Notes: a model not told the origin generated them from the sequence alone. Counted from the stretch's first letter, positions 1 through 9,587 are shown. The stretch is DNA of 64,000 bases from Patescibacteria group bacterium (GCA_022563395.1 JADFNM010000001.1:178830-242829); one strand, 5' to 3'. Made by a program: numbers and translations.

Positions 1-142
1 AAAACAGCATCAACGAAATTTTCCAAGTGAACTTCTATACTATGAAGCGTACAAATCAAAACAGGCAGCACGAGAAAGAGAAAAGAAGCTTAAATTTTAT
101 GGAAGTGTTTGGAGGACACTCAAGAAACGAATATCAGCTTAG
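1..142 (+). CDS. GIY-YIG family small nuclease, C-terminal part (runs in from the window edge)
   Basis: Frame from nt 2 reads KQHQRNFPSELLYYEAYKSKQAAREREKKLKFYG...* (TAG 140-142); the YYE..A..RE..LK pattern is the C-terminal helix of small GIY-YIG (YazA-like) proteins. Not in the ORF track. Confidence 0.7.
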   Translation, partial: KQHQRNFPSELLYYEAYKSKQAAREREKKLKFYGSVWRTLKKRISA

Positions 143-180
143 AGGGCGGGGTGTCAGCCTCGCTTGAAAGCTCGGCTTCC

Positions 181-612
181 ATGTTCATAGGTGAATACCG
201 ACATTCTATAGACGAAAAAAAGCGTCTTGCTATTCCTTCTAAGTTCAGAAAGGAGCTTGGGGACGGGGCAGTAATCACAAAAGGACTAGACAATTGTCTG
301 GTTATCTATCCCGTTAAATCTTGGAAAAAGAAGTCTGAAAAATTGGCTCAGCTACCTGAAGCCTCAAAAGAGGCGAGGGGATATGCAAGAACCATTTTGG
401 CTGGGGCCGCAACAGCAGAATTTGACCGCTTGGGGAGAATTCTCATCCCGGAGTATTTGAAAGATTATGCAAAAGTAGAAAAAAACGTAGTTATCATAGG
501 CCTGCATAACCGTTTGGAAGTCTGGTCGGAAAAACTCTGGAATACATACAGAGAAAAAGCTGAAAATAACATAGAAGATTTCGCCTCAAAGCTCAGTGAT
601 TTTGGAATCTAA
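181..612 (+). CDS. mraZ: Transcriptional regulator MraZ
   Basis: MFIGEYRHSIDEKKRLAIPSKFR and DRLGRILIP motifs; first gene of the dcw cluster; start reassigned to ATG 181. Confidence 0.95.
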   Translation: MFIGEYRHSIDEKKRLAIPSKFRKELGDGAVITKGLDNCLVIYPVKSWKKKSEKLAQLPEASKEARGYARTILAGAATAEFDRLGRILIPEYLKDYAKVEKNVVIIGLHNRLEVWSEKLWNTYREKAENNIEDFASKLSDFGI

Positions 613-614
613 AC

Positions 615-1496
615 ATGCACATTCCAGTCTTAAAAGACAAAGTCATAGAATACTTAAATCCCAGACCCAATCAAAACTTTATTGACGCAACGCTCGGATA
701 TGGGGGACACACAGTATCTATCCTGGAGAAAACAGCTCCTAAAGGAAAGGTTCTTGCTCTAGACCTCGACGCTACTGCGCTTTCAAGAGTTACAGCAAGA
801 GCGAAAGAGGCAGGGGTGGGGGCAAGGCTTAAGGTGAAAGAAGAGAACTTTGCAAATATAGCGGGTGCTGCAAAAGAAGAAAAGTTTAAGCCCGTACACG
901 GTATACTCTTTGACCTTGGGCTCTCATCTGATCAACTAGAGAACTCGGGGAGAGGATTCTCATTTAAAAAGTCAGAACCTCTCGATATGAGGTACAGCAA
1001 AGAGAGTCCAACCACAGCTGAAAAAATCGTGAACTTCTGGTCAAAGCGGGATCTAGAATACATTTTGAAAGAATATGGGGAGGAAGAGTTTTCAAGGGAA
1101 ATTGCACAAGCCCTTATCCAGACAAGAGCCACAAAGCAGATTACCAAGACCAATCATTTGGTAGAAATCGTGCTGGCGGCCACTCCAAAGTGGTACCACA
1201 AAAAGAAAATCCATCCGGCAACAAAAACCTTTCAGGCATTGAGAATCGCAGTGAACCGAGAACTGGAAAACCTGAAGATAGCATTACCTCAGTCAGTAGA
1301 AATATTAGAAAATCAGGGAACCATCGTGGTCATTTCCTTTCATTCATTGGAAGACCGTATGGTCAAAGACTTTTTTAAAGAGCACTCATCACTCGTCGTT
1401 CTAACCAAAAAGCCCGTTGTGGCTCAGGATGAGGAGGTAAAACAAAATCCAAGGTCAAGATCGGCAAAACTGAGAGCAGCAAGAAAAACTGTATAA
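615..1496 (+). CDS. rsmH: 16S rRNA m4C1402 methyltransferase RsmH (MraW)
   Basis: MHIPVL, DATLGYGGH, DLGLSS, PLDMR, FQALRIAVN, SFHSLEDR and NPRSRSAKLR motifs. Confidence 0.97.
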   Translation: MHIPVLKDKVIEYLNPRPNQNFIDATLGYGGHTVSILEKTAPKGKVLALDLDATALSRVTARAKEAGVGARLKVKEENFANIAGAAKEEKFKPVHGILFDLGLSSDQLENSGRGFSFKKSEPLDMRYSKESPTTAEKIVNFWSKRDLEYILKEYGEEEFSREIAQALIQTRATKQITKTNHLVEIVLAATPKWYHKKKIHPATKTFQALRIAVNRELENLKIALPQSVEILENQGTIVVISFHSLEDRMVKDFFKEHSSLVVLTKKPVVAQDEEVKQNPRSRSAKLRAARKTV

Positions 1497-1499
1497 AGT

Positions 1500-1817
1500 A
1501 TGCGCATGATTGCTTTTGCGACAAAGCCACCAGTAAAAGGAGCAGTACTCCTGGGAGTCTTCTTGGCCGGGCTTCTCCTGCTCTACATCTTTCAGGTAAA
1601 TGCCCTCACCGCCAGTGTCTATCACATGGGAGACCAGGAGAAGCGCTTGAGGCAGCTAAAAGAACAGAGCATTCTTTTTAAGGTACAACATCTTCCAAGC
1701 TTTTCGAGAGCTCGTATGGAAGAGTTGGCACAAGAGATGCATTTTGAACGGGTCCAAGAGGTTTCTTACCTCAGAGTTCTGGGTCCCGCCGTGGCTGCAA
1801 CCACAAACCAGGAATAG
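1500..1817 (+). CDS. Probable FtsL-like cell division protein
   Basis: Single TM helix plus coiled coil; lies between rsmH and ftsI. Confidence 0.6.
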   Translation: MRMIAFATKPPVKGAVLLGVFLAGLLLLYIFQVNALTASVYHMGDQEKRLRQLKEQSILFKVQHLPSFSRARMEELAQEMHFERVQEVSYLRVLGPAVAATTNQE

Positions 1818-1841
1818 GATTGGGGGATACACCCCAGGGAT

Positions 1842-3503
1842 ATGCGAAATTGGAGACTTCTTCTCATTGTTTTTTTCTTCTTGGCTCTTGGATTTGGGCT
1901 TACAACCCGTCTTGCCATTCTGCAGATTGCAGACCACGGGTTCTATAGGGCCCTGGCACAAGGGCAACAGAGCTTACCTAGGATCGCGGTGGGGAACCGG
2001 GGAGACATCTTCTTTGTAGACAAGAAAGGGACTTTGTATACGGTAGCCACCACCAAAAAACAGCCTTTTGTGTTTGTCACTCCAGTTGAAGTAGAGCAAA
2101 AGGAAGAAACTGCGGCAATCTTGGCCGCCATCCTTGATGTTCAAAAGGATTTTGTTATAGAAAAGCTTTCCAAAGAGGAAAGTCTTTTTGAGGTAGTGAA
2201 AAAGCAACTCAGTTTAGAGGAAACGTATGAGCTCCAAAAACTGGTGCTACCTGGAGTATATATTCAGCAAGAAAGCATACGCTCATACCCGCATGGCGCT
2301 TTGGCGTCTCGCACCTTGGGGTTCGTAAACCAAGACTGGGAAGGCCAATATGCAATAGAGAAGTACTATGAGGAACATTTAAAAGGAAAAGAGGGTTTAG
2401 AAAGAACCGTACGCAATGTGGCAGGATACCTGCTCTCTGAGAACAAAGATACCTTGCAGCATGGAAAAGACCTCGTGCTCACTATTGATTTTAACATTCA
2501 GTCAATGGCTGAATCCTTACTTCTCAAAGCAAAAGAACTCCATAACATTGAAGAGGGGACCATTATCGTAATAGATCCCATGGACGGTTCCATCTTAACT
2601 CTGGCAAACTATCCAAACTTTGACCCCAACACGTATTCTGAGGTTGCGGATTTTGGCGTGTTCCAGAATCCCGCTGTCCAAAAACTCTTTGAGCCAGGCT
2701 CCGTGTTCAAACCCATTACCATGGCTTCTGGCATTGATGCCGGCAAAATTACTCCTTCCACCACCTACCAAGACCAAGGAGTGGTGCGCATTGGAGGATA
2801 CAAAGTTTTAAACTATGACGAGCGAGTATGGGGAGAACGGACCATGACCGAGGTTCTGGAATACTCCATTAACACGGGGGCGGTATTTGCAGAAGCTGAA
2901 ACCGGGCACGCTACCTTTTTAGAATATCTTGAGAGGTTCGGCATATTTAAACCAACTAAAGTAGATATCGCAGGAGAGATCTACTCCGCAAACAAGGAAT
3001 TGAAAAAAGGATATGAGATTACCTACGCTACAGCTTCCTTTGGGCAGGGCATCGAAATGACCGCAATGCAACTCCTGCGGGCATACTCTGCCCTGGCCAA
3101 CGGCGGATATTTGCCGACCCCACATCTGCTAAAGCAGGATATGCCGTTGTCTGCACCTATTATTTCAGAAAGGACGGCCTCCCAGGTAACAGCCATGCTG
3201 GTGTCGGTGACGGAAAATGGATTCGCAAAGTCAGCGCGAGTTCCTGGCTACTACTTAGCCGGTAAAACCGGGACTGCTCAGATTTCGTACTCGGCCCTTG
3301 GGGTGGAAAAACCCGGCTACTCAGATGAAACCGTTCAATCTTTCATTGGATACGCACCGGCTTTTACGCCAAGGTTTTTGGCTTTAGTAACGCTCAAAAA
3401 CCCGCAAACCAAGACCGCAGAATATTCTGCAATCCCTTTGTTCCAAGAACTAGCAAAGTACATCCTGGACTATTACGAAGTTCCCCATGATTACGGGGAA
3501 TAG
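1842..3503 (+). CDS. ftsI: Class B penicillin-binding protein (FtsI/PBP3-like)
   Basis: N-terminal TM, RGDI, RSYP, EPGSVFK (SxxK), SIN (SxN) and KTGT motifs; dcw context. Confidence 0.9.
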   Translation: MRNWRLLLIVFFFLALGFGLTTRLAILQIADHGFYRALAQGQQSLPRIAVGNRGDIFFVDKKGTLYTVATTKKQPFVFVTPVEVEQKEETAAILAAILDVQKDFVIEKLSKEESLFEVVKKQLSLEETYELQKLVLPGVYIQQESIRSYPHGALASRTLGFVNQDWEGQYAIEKYYEEHLKGKEGLERTVRNVAGYLLSENKDTLQHGKDLVLTIDFNIQSMAESLLLKAKELHNIEEGTIIVIDPMDGSILTLANYPNFDPNTYSEVADFGVFQNPAVQKLFEPGSVFKPITMASGIDAGKITPSTTYQDQGVVRIGGYKVLNYDERVWGERTMTEVLEYSINTGAVFAEAETGHATFLEYLERFGIFKPTKVDIAGEIYSANKELKKGYEITYATASFGQGIEMTAMQLLRAYSALANGGYLPTPHLLKQDMPLSAPIISERTASQVTAMLVSVTENGFAKSARVPGYYLAGKTGTAQISYSALGVEKPGYSDETVQSFIGYAPAFTPRFLALVTLKNPQTKTAEYSAIPLFQELAKYILDYYEVPHDYGE

Positions 3504-3554
3504 CTCTCTGTAGAGTAGACTTAGCCTATTTCCTATGATATAAGAAAGAATCTT

Positions 3555-3627
3555 GGCCTTATCGTCTAGTGGCTCAGGACGCCGCCCTCTCACGGCGGTA
3601 ACACGGGTTCGACTCCCGTTAAGGCCA
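3555..3627 (+). tRNA. tRNA-Glu (anticodon CUC), CCA not encoded
   Basis: Acceptor GGCCTTA/TAAGGCC, anticodon arm CCGCC-CT CTC AC-GGCGG, T loop GGTTCGACTCC. Confidence 0.95.
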
Positions 3628-3662
3628 CACTCGTGAATTTGTCAAACTTCCCGCCTCGCCGC

Positions 3663-4354
3663 TTTGCGGCTCGCCGCGTTCTTCAAAAACTGCCAAAGAA
3701 CCGGAAAAATATCGGCTCAAACCATATTTTGGTAAAAGAAAAATTTTTATATAATAAGGTCGAGATAATTATTAAGTTATATATAAATTATGAATTTAAA
3801 ATACATTACATTTATTATAATTTTACTCACTCTTTTTGTTAGTTATGCGCTTTTTGGTTACCAGGTTGTAGAAGGACAAGAACTTCCCAATCCTTTTAAA
3901 GCACCACCGAAAGATATTGCGGGAGGAATATTTTCTTTGATTTTTAGCTTTGGTTTCGCGGTATTGCTTCCTATCTTGATCTTTTTCCTCATATCTTATT
4001 TCCTTATTTCATTAGGATTTAAGATTCTAAAAATTGAGGGGATAGCAAGATCTAAGATTGTAGTTTATATATTCGTAATGTTTCTAGTGGGTTCTTTCTT
4101 GCAGCCAGTAATTAGTAAATCTCTCGGAGGCGCTGTTAATGTATTCATTCTTTATTTGATAAATAGTCTTATTTCTTTTGGAATAACTTTCGCTCTCCTT
4201 AAATATTACTTTTCACTATCTGGGAAGAAACTTTGGCAATTCTTTCTGTATCTTGTCATCCTAGCTTTAATCTTTTTGGGATTAAGGGCGCTGTTGTTTT
4301 AACTTGCCGCCAAAGAAAAACTTGAAATTGTCAAAGAACGCGGCGAGCCGCAAA
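3663..4354. repeat. 21-bp perfect inverted repeat (3663-3683 / 4334-4354) bracketing an AT-rich gene
   Basis: TTTGCGGCTCGCCGCGTTCTT versus AAGAACGCGGCGAGCCGCAAA. Confidence 0.85.
3790..4302 (+). CDS. Hypothetical multi-pass membrane protein (AT-rich)
   Basis: 170-aa ORF with about 5 hydrophobic segments; TATAAT at ~3750 upstream. Confidence 0.7.
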   Translation: MNLKYITFIIILLTLFVSYALFGYQVVEGQELPNPFKAPPKDIAGGIFSLIFSFGFAVLLPILIFFLISYFLISLGFKILKIEGIARSKIVVYIFVMFLVGSFLQPVISKSLGGAVNVFILYLINSLISFGITFALLKYYFSLSGKKLWQFFLYLVILALIFLGLRALLF

Positions 4355-4593
4355 TCACGGGGGCTTCTTCTCGCCGCCGTAGGCGGAGAAAAATGTTCGA
4401 GCTAATTTAAGAATAGCCCACATCTCGCAATTTCGCCTGGTTCGCCCCGTCATTCGACGGGGCGCCCCGTGTTTATCACGGGGCGACTCCCCTTGGGGCC
4501 ACCATTGATTGACATCTTTTTTACCCCGTGTACCATAGATAAAACACAGGTGTTTTATGTCTTTGTTGAGCACTTTTTTCCAGGAGGGAGGGT

Positions 4594-4788
4594 ATGGCAA
4601 CCAGCCAGAAGGTTTCCGTCACCAAAACTCCTCCCCCCACTGAGGAGGGATGTAACCATCACTGGGACATTGATACACCAAGTGGTGGTTCAACAAGCTT
4701 GGGACGATGTCGCTTCTGCCGCGAGATCAGGGAATTTCGCAATGCGATGCCGCAATTCGACAAGCGGGGTGAGCGCGAGTACAACTAA
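4594..4788 (+). CDS. Small putative Zn-binding protein
   Basis: CNHHW...CRFC motif, SD-like AGGAGGG upstream, TTGACA (4509) ... TACCAT promoter. Confidence 0.55.
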   Translation: MATSQKVSVTKTPPPTEEGCNHHWDIDTPSGGSTSLGRCRFCREIREFRNAMPQFDKRGEREYN

Positions 4789-4895
4789 TCCCTCGACCGC
4801 CCCCAACGGTTGATGCAGTACCCCAGGAGCTATACGTACGATGCGTATGGCTCTTTTTCATTTCAGTTCCCATGCGTTTTCTGTATAATACAAGA

Positions 4896-7493
4896 ATGCA
4901 AACTATTACTGCGTGGCACAGTATTACAACAAAAGAAGCGCTGAGAATTCTCAACTCGAATGCGGAGCTTGGGTTAAAAGAAAAAGAGGTTGAATTGCGA
5001 AAGAGTGAATACGGATTAAATACCCTTCCTGAAGACAAACCATTGTCTCCTCTGGTTCTTTTTTTACGTCAGTTTAAGAGCCCCCTCATCTTTATTCTGG
5101 TAATAGCAGGGAGCGTCACCTTCTGGCTTCAAGAATATACCGACAGCATCGTAATTTTCAGCGCCGTGCTCCTCAACACCGCCATTGGATACTTTCAAGA
5201 AAATAAGGCGAGCAAGGCACTTTTTGAGTTAAAAAAGATTCTCCAACAAAAAGCCTTGGTCGTGCGAGAGGGGACAGAAAGAGAGATACTTCAAGAAGAC
5301 CTGGTGCCGGGAGACCTTATAGTGCTCACGGAGGGAAACAAGGTTCCCGCGGACTGTCGAATCCTAGAATCCTTTGAACTGCGCATTAATGAGGCAGTGC
5401 TTACCGGAGAGTGGCTCGCTTCAGAGAAAAAGCCAATGGTTCTTGAAAGAAAAACTCCCTTAGCTGACCGAGACAACATGGCATACATGGGCAGCGTGGT
5501 GGCAGCAGGAAAGGGAAAAGCCCTTGTTATCGCCACAGCTCAGAGAACAGAGCTTGGTAGGATTTCAAAACTCATATCTGAAGTTAAAGAAGAAAAGACT
5601 CCCTACCAAAAGAAACTTCAGCGCTTCTCTTGGATTATTGGGACTATCATTGCTTTTCTTACCGTGTTCATCTTTGTAGAAGGGGTGGCAACCGGTGGAG
5701 ACATTGTTGAAATGTTCACCATTGCAGTGGCCATTGCGGTGGCTGCCATCCCAGAAGGCCTGCCTGTTGCAATGACCGTGGTACTGGCAGTTGGCATGCA
5801 GCGAATCTTGGCAAAAAAAGGTCTGGTGCGCCATTTAACTTCTGCCGAAACCCTTGGAAGTACCTCAATTATTGTAACCGACAAAACCCTTACCTTAACA
5901 GAAGGCAGAATGAAGGTAGAAGAGGTTGTACCCTTGAAAGCAGGGAACCGAGAAGAGGTCTTGCGAGCCGCTGCCCTTGCCAACGAGGCATTTATTGAAA
6001 ATCCAAAGGCCGCATTGGAAAAGCCAGTGTTAAGGGGCAGACCCACAGACAAGGCCCTGCTCCAAGCTGCCATGGAAGCTGGCATCTCACGACAAAAGAT
6101 TGAAGAGCACGCACCTTGCTTGTTTCGCATTCCCTTTAACTCAAATGAAAAGTACTTGGCCTCCTTTCACAAAGACAAAGAGGCAGTAAAGCTGTATGTC
6201 TCGGGAGCACCAGAAAGAATCATGGAACTCTCCAAGCTTTCTGAAGGAGAAGTCCATCAGGCAGAAAAAAGATTGCAAGAACTCACTTCCCAAGGTCTTA
6301 GAGTGGTTGCGCTTGCCAAAAAAGACATTCTGAATCATCAAGGACCAATGGTAAAAAAAGAGATGCTAAGAAAAGAAATTGTGGGGCTTGAATTTCTCGG
6401 TTTCATTGCCTTAAAAGACCCTATTCGCAAAGGAGTAAAAGAGGCGATAAAACTTGCAAAAGACGCAGGACTCAAAACCATCATTGCAACAGGAGACCAT
6501 CTCTTAACTGCAAAGGCAGTGGCAATGGAACTTAAGATACCCGCAAACGAAGAAAATCTTATGGAGGGAAAAGAGTTGGATGGTTTAACCGACAATGAAC
6601 TTGATTCAAGGCTGGGACACATTTTTGTCTTTGCAAGGGTAGAACCCAAGCACAAGCTCCGTATCATTGAGGCATGGCAAAGAAGGGGTCAAGTTGTTGC
6701 AATGACGGGAGACGGGGTGAACGACGCCCCAGCCCTAAAAAAGGCAGACATTGGTTTGGCCCTGGGCTCTGGAACAGATGTTGCAAAAGAGGCCTCTGAC
6801 TTAATCTTGCTGGCCGACAACTTTGCCATTATTCCAGCTGCCATCAAAGAGGGCAGAGTTATTATAGACAACATCAGAAAGGTCATCACGTACCTCGTAT
6901 CGGGATCCTTCACAGAAACCATATTAATAGGAACCAGTTTGTTGCTGGGGCTCCCGTTGCCTTTGACGGCCCTGCAGATTCTCTGGATCAATCTTGTAGA
7001 AGACGGATTGCCTGGCATGGCTTTGACCTTAGAAAAACCAGAAGGGGATGTTATGGCAAGACCCCCTTTAAAAAAGAACTCTTCCCTGCTTACGCAGGAA
7101 ATGAAGGTCATTATCTTTGGCATTAGCATTATTACCGACGTTCTCTTGTTTGGACTGTTCCTCTGGCTCTTGCAAACGCCCTACACCATACAACACATCC
7201 AAACGGTCATCTTTGTAGGGTTGGGGATTGACTCTTTGTTCTACGTCTTCTCGGTTAGAAGTTTGAGGAGAAACATCTGGCAGTACAACCCCTTTTCCAA
7301 TCTCTGGGTCACGGGAGCTGTGTTCTTGGGCCTTTTGCTGCTGGTATCTGCAGTCTATCTTCCTTTGCTTCAGTTCTTTTTGGGCACGGTAGCCTTAACA
7401 TTGTTTGATTGGACCCTGCTTATTTCGCTTGGGCTCCTCAATGTTCTCCTCATTGAAGCTGTGAAGTGGTACTATATCAGAAAAATGAAGTGA
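4896..7493 (+). CDS. P-type ATPase, type IIA (Ca2+/cation transporting)
   Basis: PEGL, DKT(L)TLT, DPIR, TGD, TGDGVNDAPALK and QILWINL motifs; start set at the ATG 6 nt after TATAAT. Confidence 0.9.
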   Translation: MQTITAWHSITTKEALRILNSNAELGLKEKEVELRKSEYGLNTLPEDKPLSPLVLFLRQFKSPLIFILVIAGSVTFWLQEYTDSIVIFSAVLLNTAIGYFQENKASKALFELKKILQQKALVVREGTEREILQEDLVPGDLIVLTEGNKVPADCRILESFELRINEAVLTGEWLASEKKPMVLERKTPLADRDNMAYMGSVVAAGKGKALVIATAQRTELGRISKLISEVKEEKTPYQKKLQRFSWIIGTIIAFLTVFIFVEGVATGGDIVEMFTIAVAIAVAAIPEGLPVAMTVVLAVGMQRILAKKGLVRHLTSAETLGSTSIIVTDKTLTLTEGRMKVEEVVPLKAGNREEVLRAAALANEAFIENPKAALEKPVLRGRPTDKALLQAAMEAGISRQKIEEHAPCLFRIPFNSNEKYLASFHKDKEAVKLYVSGAPERIMELSKLSEGEVHQAEKRLQELTSQGLRVVALAKKDILNHQGPMVKKEMLRKEIVGLEFLGFIALKDPIRKGVKEAIKLAKDAGLKTIIATGDHLLTAKAVAMELKIPANEENLMEGKELDGLTDNELDSRLGHIFVFARVEPKHKLRIIEAWQRRGQVVAMTGDGVNDAPALKKADIGLALGSGTDVAKEASDLILLADNFAIIPAAIKEGRVIIDNIRKVITYLVSGSFTETILIGTSLLLGLPLPLTALQILWINLVEDGLPGMALTLEKPEGDVMARPPLKKNSSLLTQEMKVIIFGISIITDVLLFGLFLWLLQTPYTIQHIQTVIFVGLGIDSLFYVFSVRSLRRNIWQYNPFSNLWVTGAVFLGLLLLVSAVYLPLLQFFLGTVALTLFDWTLLISLGLLNVLLIEAVKWYYIRKMK

Positions 7494-7494
7494 G

Positions 7495-8487
7495 ATGATT
7501 TTCCACGTACTCTTAGTTATCTTTTCTGCCTTCTTGATGTTCCGTGCTGCCAATTGGCTGGTGCAGGGAATCAGCAGGGTTGCACAATATCTTCAGTGGA
7601 GTGAGTTTGTTATCGCCTTTTTTGTTATGGCGATGGGGGGTTCATTGCCCAACCTCTTTGTGGGGCTTTCTTCTGTTGCCCATGGCATTCCAGAGCTCTC
7701 CTTTGGTGACGTTGTGGGGAACAGCGTGGTAGCCCTTACCCTGGTAGCAGCATTAGCTGTGTTTGTCGGCGGTTCTGACCTGTTGGCTGAAGGAAAATTG
7801 ATACAAACCTCTGCCTTTCTCACTATTTCCATTGCCCTTCTGCCGTTGTTGCTTATTCTTGATGGAGTACTGGGAAGGGGAGATGGCATTGCCTTAATAA
7901 TTGTCTTTTTCGGGTATGCCGCCTGGATGTTCACAAAACGCAAATACTATCAGCAGACCCTGGACGAAAGCCAAAAACCACCTCTGAAACAATTCCGAAG
8001 CTTTATGATTGGGCTTTTACAAATTATTGTCGGCGGGGCATTGCTTTTGGCTGCGGCAGAGGGGGTTGTACGTTCTGCCAACTTTTTTGCAAATGAGTTT
8101 TCGCTGCCTATTGCCATAATTGGTATTCTTGGGCTGGGCTTCATGTCTGCGCTTCCAGAACTCTACTTTGCAATAGCCGCAGCGCGCAGAGGAAAAAGCT
8201 GGATTATCTTGGGAGAACTCACGGGCTCCGTCATTATCTTAACCACCCTGGTGTTGGGCATTGTCGCCATTCTCCAGCCCATTGTAATAGTGGACTTTTC
8301 GCCCTTTGCCTTCGCCCGCTTCTTTATGATTCTCGCTGCCTTGTTTTTCTTAATCTTTATTCGCACAGAACGAAAGATTACCAAAAAAGAAGCGCTCTTT
8401 CTCGTTGGTCTCTACCTTGCCTTTGTGGGGGTAGAACTGTTCACTAAAATCTGGTGCGACCCCACCATGATTTTCTGTTTGAGGTAA
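7495..8487 (+). CDS. Ca2+/cation antiporter (CaCA, YrbG-like)
   Basis: Two alpha-repeat-like halves (GSLPN...GDVVGNS; SALPE...GELTGS), about 10 TM; coupled to the ATPase gene. Confidence 0.85.
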   Translation: MIFHVLLVIFSAFLMFRAANWLVQGISRVAQYLQWSEFVIAFFVMAMGGSLPNLFVGLSSVAHGIPELSFGDVVGNSVVALTLVAALAVFVGGSDLLAEGKLIQTSAFLTISIALLPLLLILDGVLGRGDGIALIIVFFGYAAWMFTKRKYYQQTLDESQKPPLKQFRSFMIGLLQIIVGGALLLAAAEGVVRSANFFANEFSLPIAIIGILGLGFMSALPELYFAIAAARRGKSWIILGELTGSVIILTTLVLGIVAILQPIVIVDFSPFAFARFFMILAALFFLIFIRTERKITKKEALFLVGLYLAFVGVELFTKIWCDPTMIFCLR

Positions 8488-8509
8488 TAAAATGATACAA
8501 TAAAGGCGC

Positions 8510-9544
8510 ATGACAACCGTATTACTTTCAGTCATCATCATTCTTCTCGTTGGCGTGTTTGCATTCCTCTTGTGGCAGCAGCGAAAAAAAGAGGACAGCG
8601 CCAGCTCCCTTATGTTGCAAAACCAAATTGCAGAATTAAATCGTACGCTTGACTTAAAGTTAGGAGAATCAAGCAAGGCGATTCGTGACCAATTTGGTGA
8701 AAGTACAAAAATTATCAAAGAAATCACCCAAGAGCTTGTGAAAGTAGGGGAGGGACAAAAACAGGTGATGGGCGTTACCGACCAACTCAAGAGCTTGCAA
8801 GACATCCTTAAAAACCCAAAACAGCGGGGGGTTCTTGGTGAATACTATCTTGAAACCGTATTAAAAAATGTTCTGCCTCCGGGTGCGTACCAAATGCAGT
8901 ATTCATTTAAGGACGGAACAATTGTAGACGCGGTTGTTATTACCAAAGAAGGTATTATCTCGGTTGACTCCAAGTTTTCTTTGGAAAACTACAACCGTAT
9001 CTTAGAAGCTGCCACACCTGATGAGCGCGAGCGCTATGAAACAGCATTTCGCAACGACCTAAAGACGCGAATTGATGAAACCGCAAAGTATATAAAACCC
9101 CAAGAGGGAACGCTGAGCTTTGCCTTCATGTTCATACCTTCTGAAGCCGTGTACTATGACCTTTTGGTGAATAAAATAGGGGCAGTAAAAACAAATACCC
9201 TCAATCTTATTGAATACGCTGCCGGTCAAAAAAAGGTAATAGTGGTTTCTCCCACAACGTTTCTCGCCTATCTTCAAACCGTACTGCAAGGGCTCAAAGC
9301 TTTAAAGATTGAAGAATCTGCAAAGAAGATAGGGGAACGGGTACAAGCCCTGGGCAGGCATATTGGAAGCTATGAAAGCTACATGAAGAAACTTGGGGCA
9401 CACCTTGGAACCACCGTAAACACCTACAACACCGCGTATAAGGAGCTGGGGAAGATAGATAAGGATGTGCTTCGCATCACAGGCTCCTCCAATGATATTG
9501 AGGCCGTGCAGATTGACCGCCCGCAAACCGAAGACGACGAATAG
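8510..9544 (+). CDS. rmuC: DNA recombination protein RmuC
   Basis: N-terminal TM, coiled coil, KQRGVLGE, VDSKF, FMFIPSE and SPTT motifs. Confidence 0.92.
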   Translation: MTTVLLSVIIILLVGVFAFLLWQQRKKEDSASSLMLQNQIAELNRTLDLKLGESSKAIRDQFGESTKIIKEITQELVKVGEGQKQVMGVTDQLKSLQDILKNPKQRGVLGEYYLETVLKNVLPPGAYQMQYSFKDGTIVDAVVITKEGIISVDSKFSLENYNRILEAATPDERERYETAFRNDLKTRIDETAKYIKPQEGTLSFAFMFIPSEAVYYDLLVNKIGAVKTNTLNLIEYAAGQKKVIVVSPTTFLAYLQTVLQGLKALKIEESAKKIGERVQALGRHIGSYESYMKKLGAHLGTTVNTYNTAYKELGKIDKDVLRITGSSNDIEAVQIDRPQTEDDE

Positions 9545-9546
9545 TT

Positions 9547-9587
9547 CCTTAACGAAATTAAGTTATCCACACCTAAATGAGATTTAG
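9547..9587. repeat. Palindromic repeat units flanking a perfect DnaA box (TTATCCACA, 9563-9571)
   Basis: CCTTAACGAAATTAAG-TTATCCACA-CCTAAATGAGATTTAG. Confidence 0.7.

Noticed and set aside
109-180. N-terminal extension of MraZ in the ORF track
   Set aside because: It overlaps the upstream GIY-YIG frame, and the MraZ family sequence starts at MFIGEY (181).
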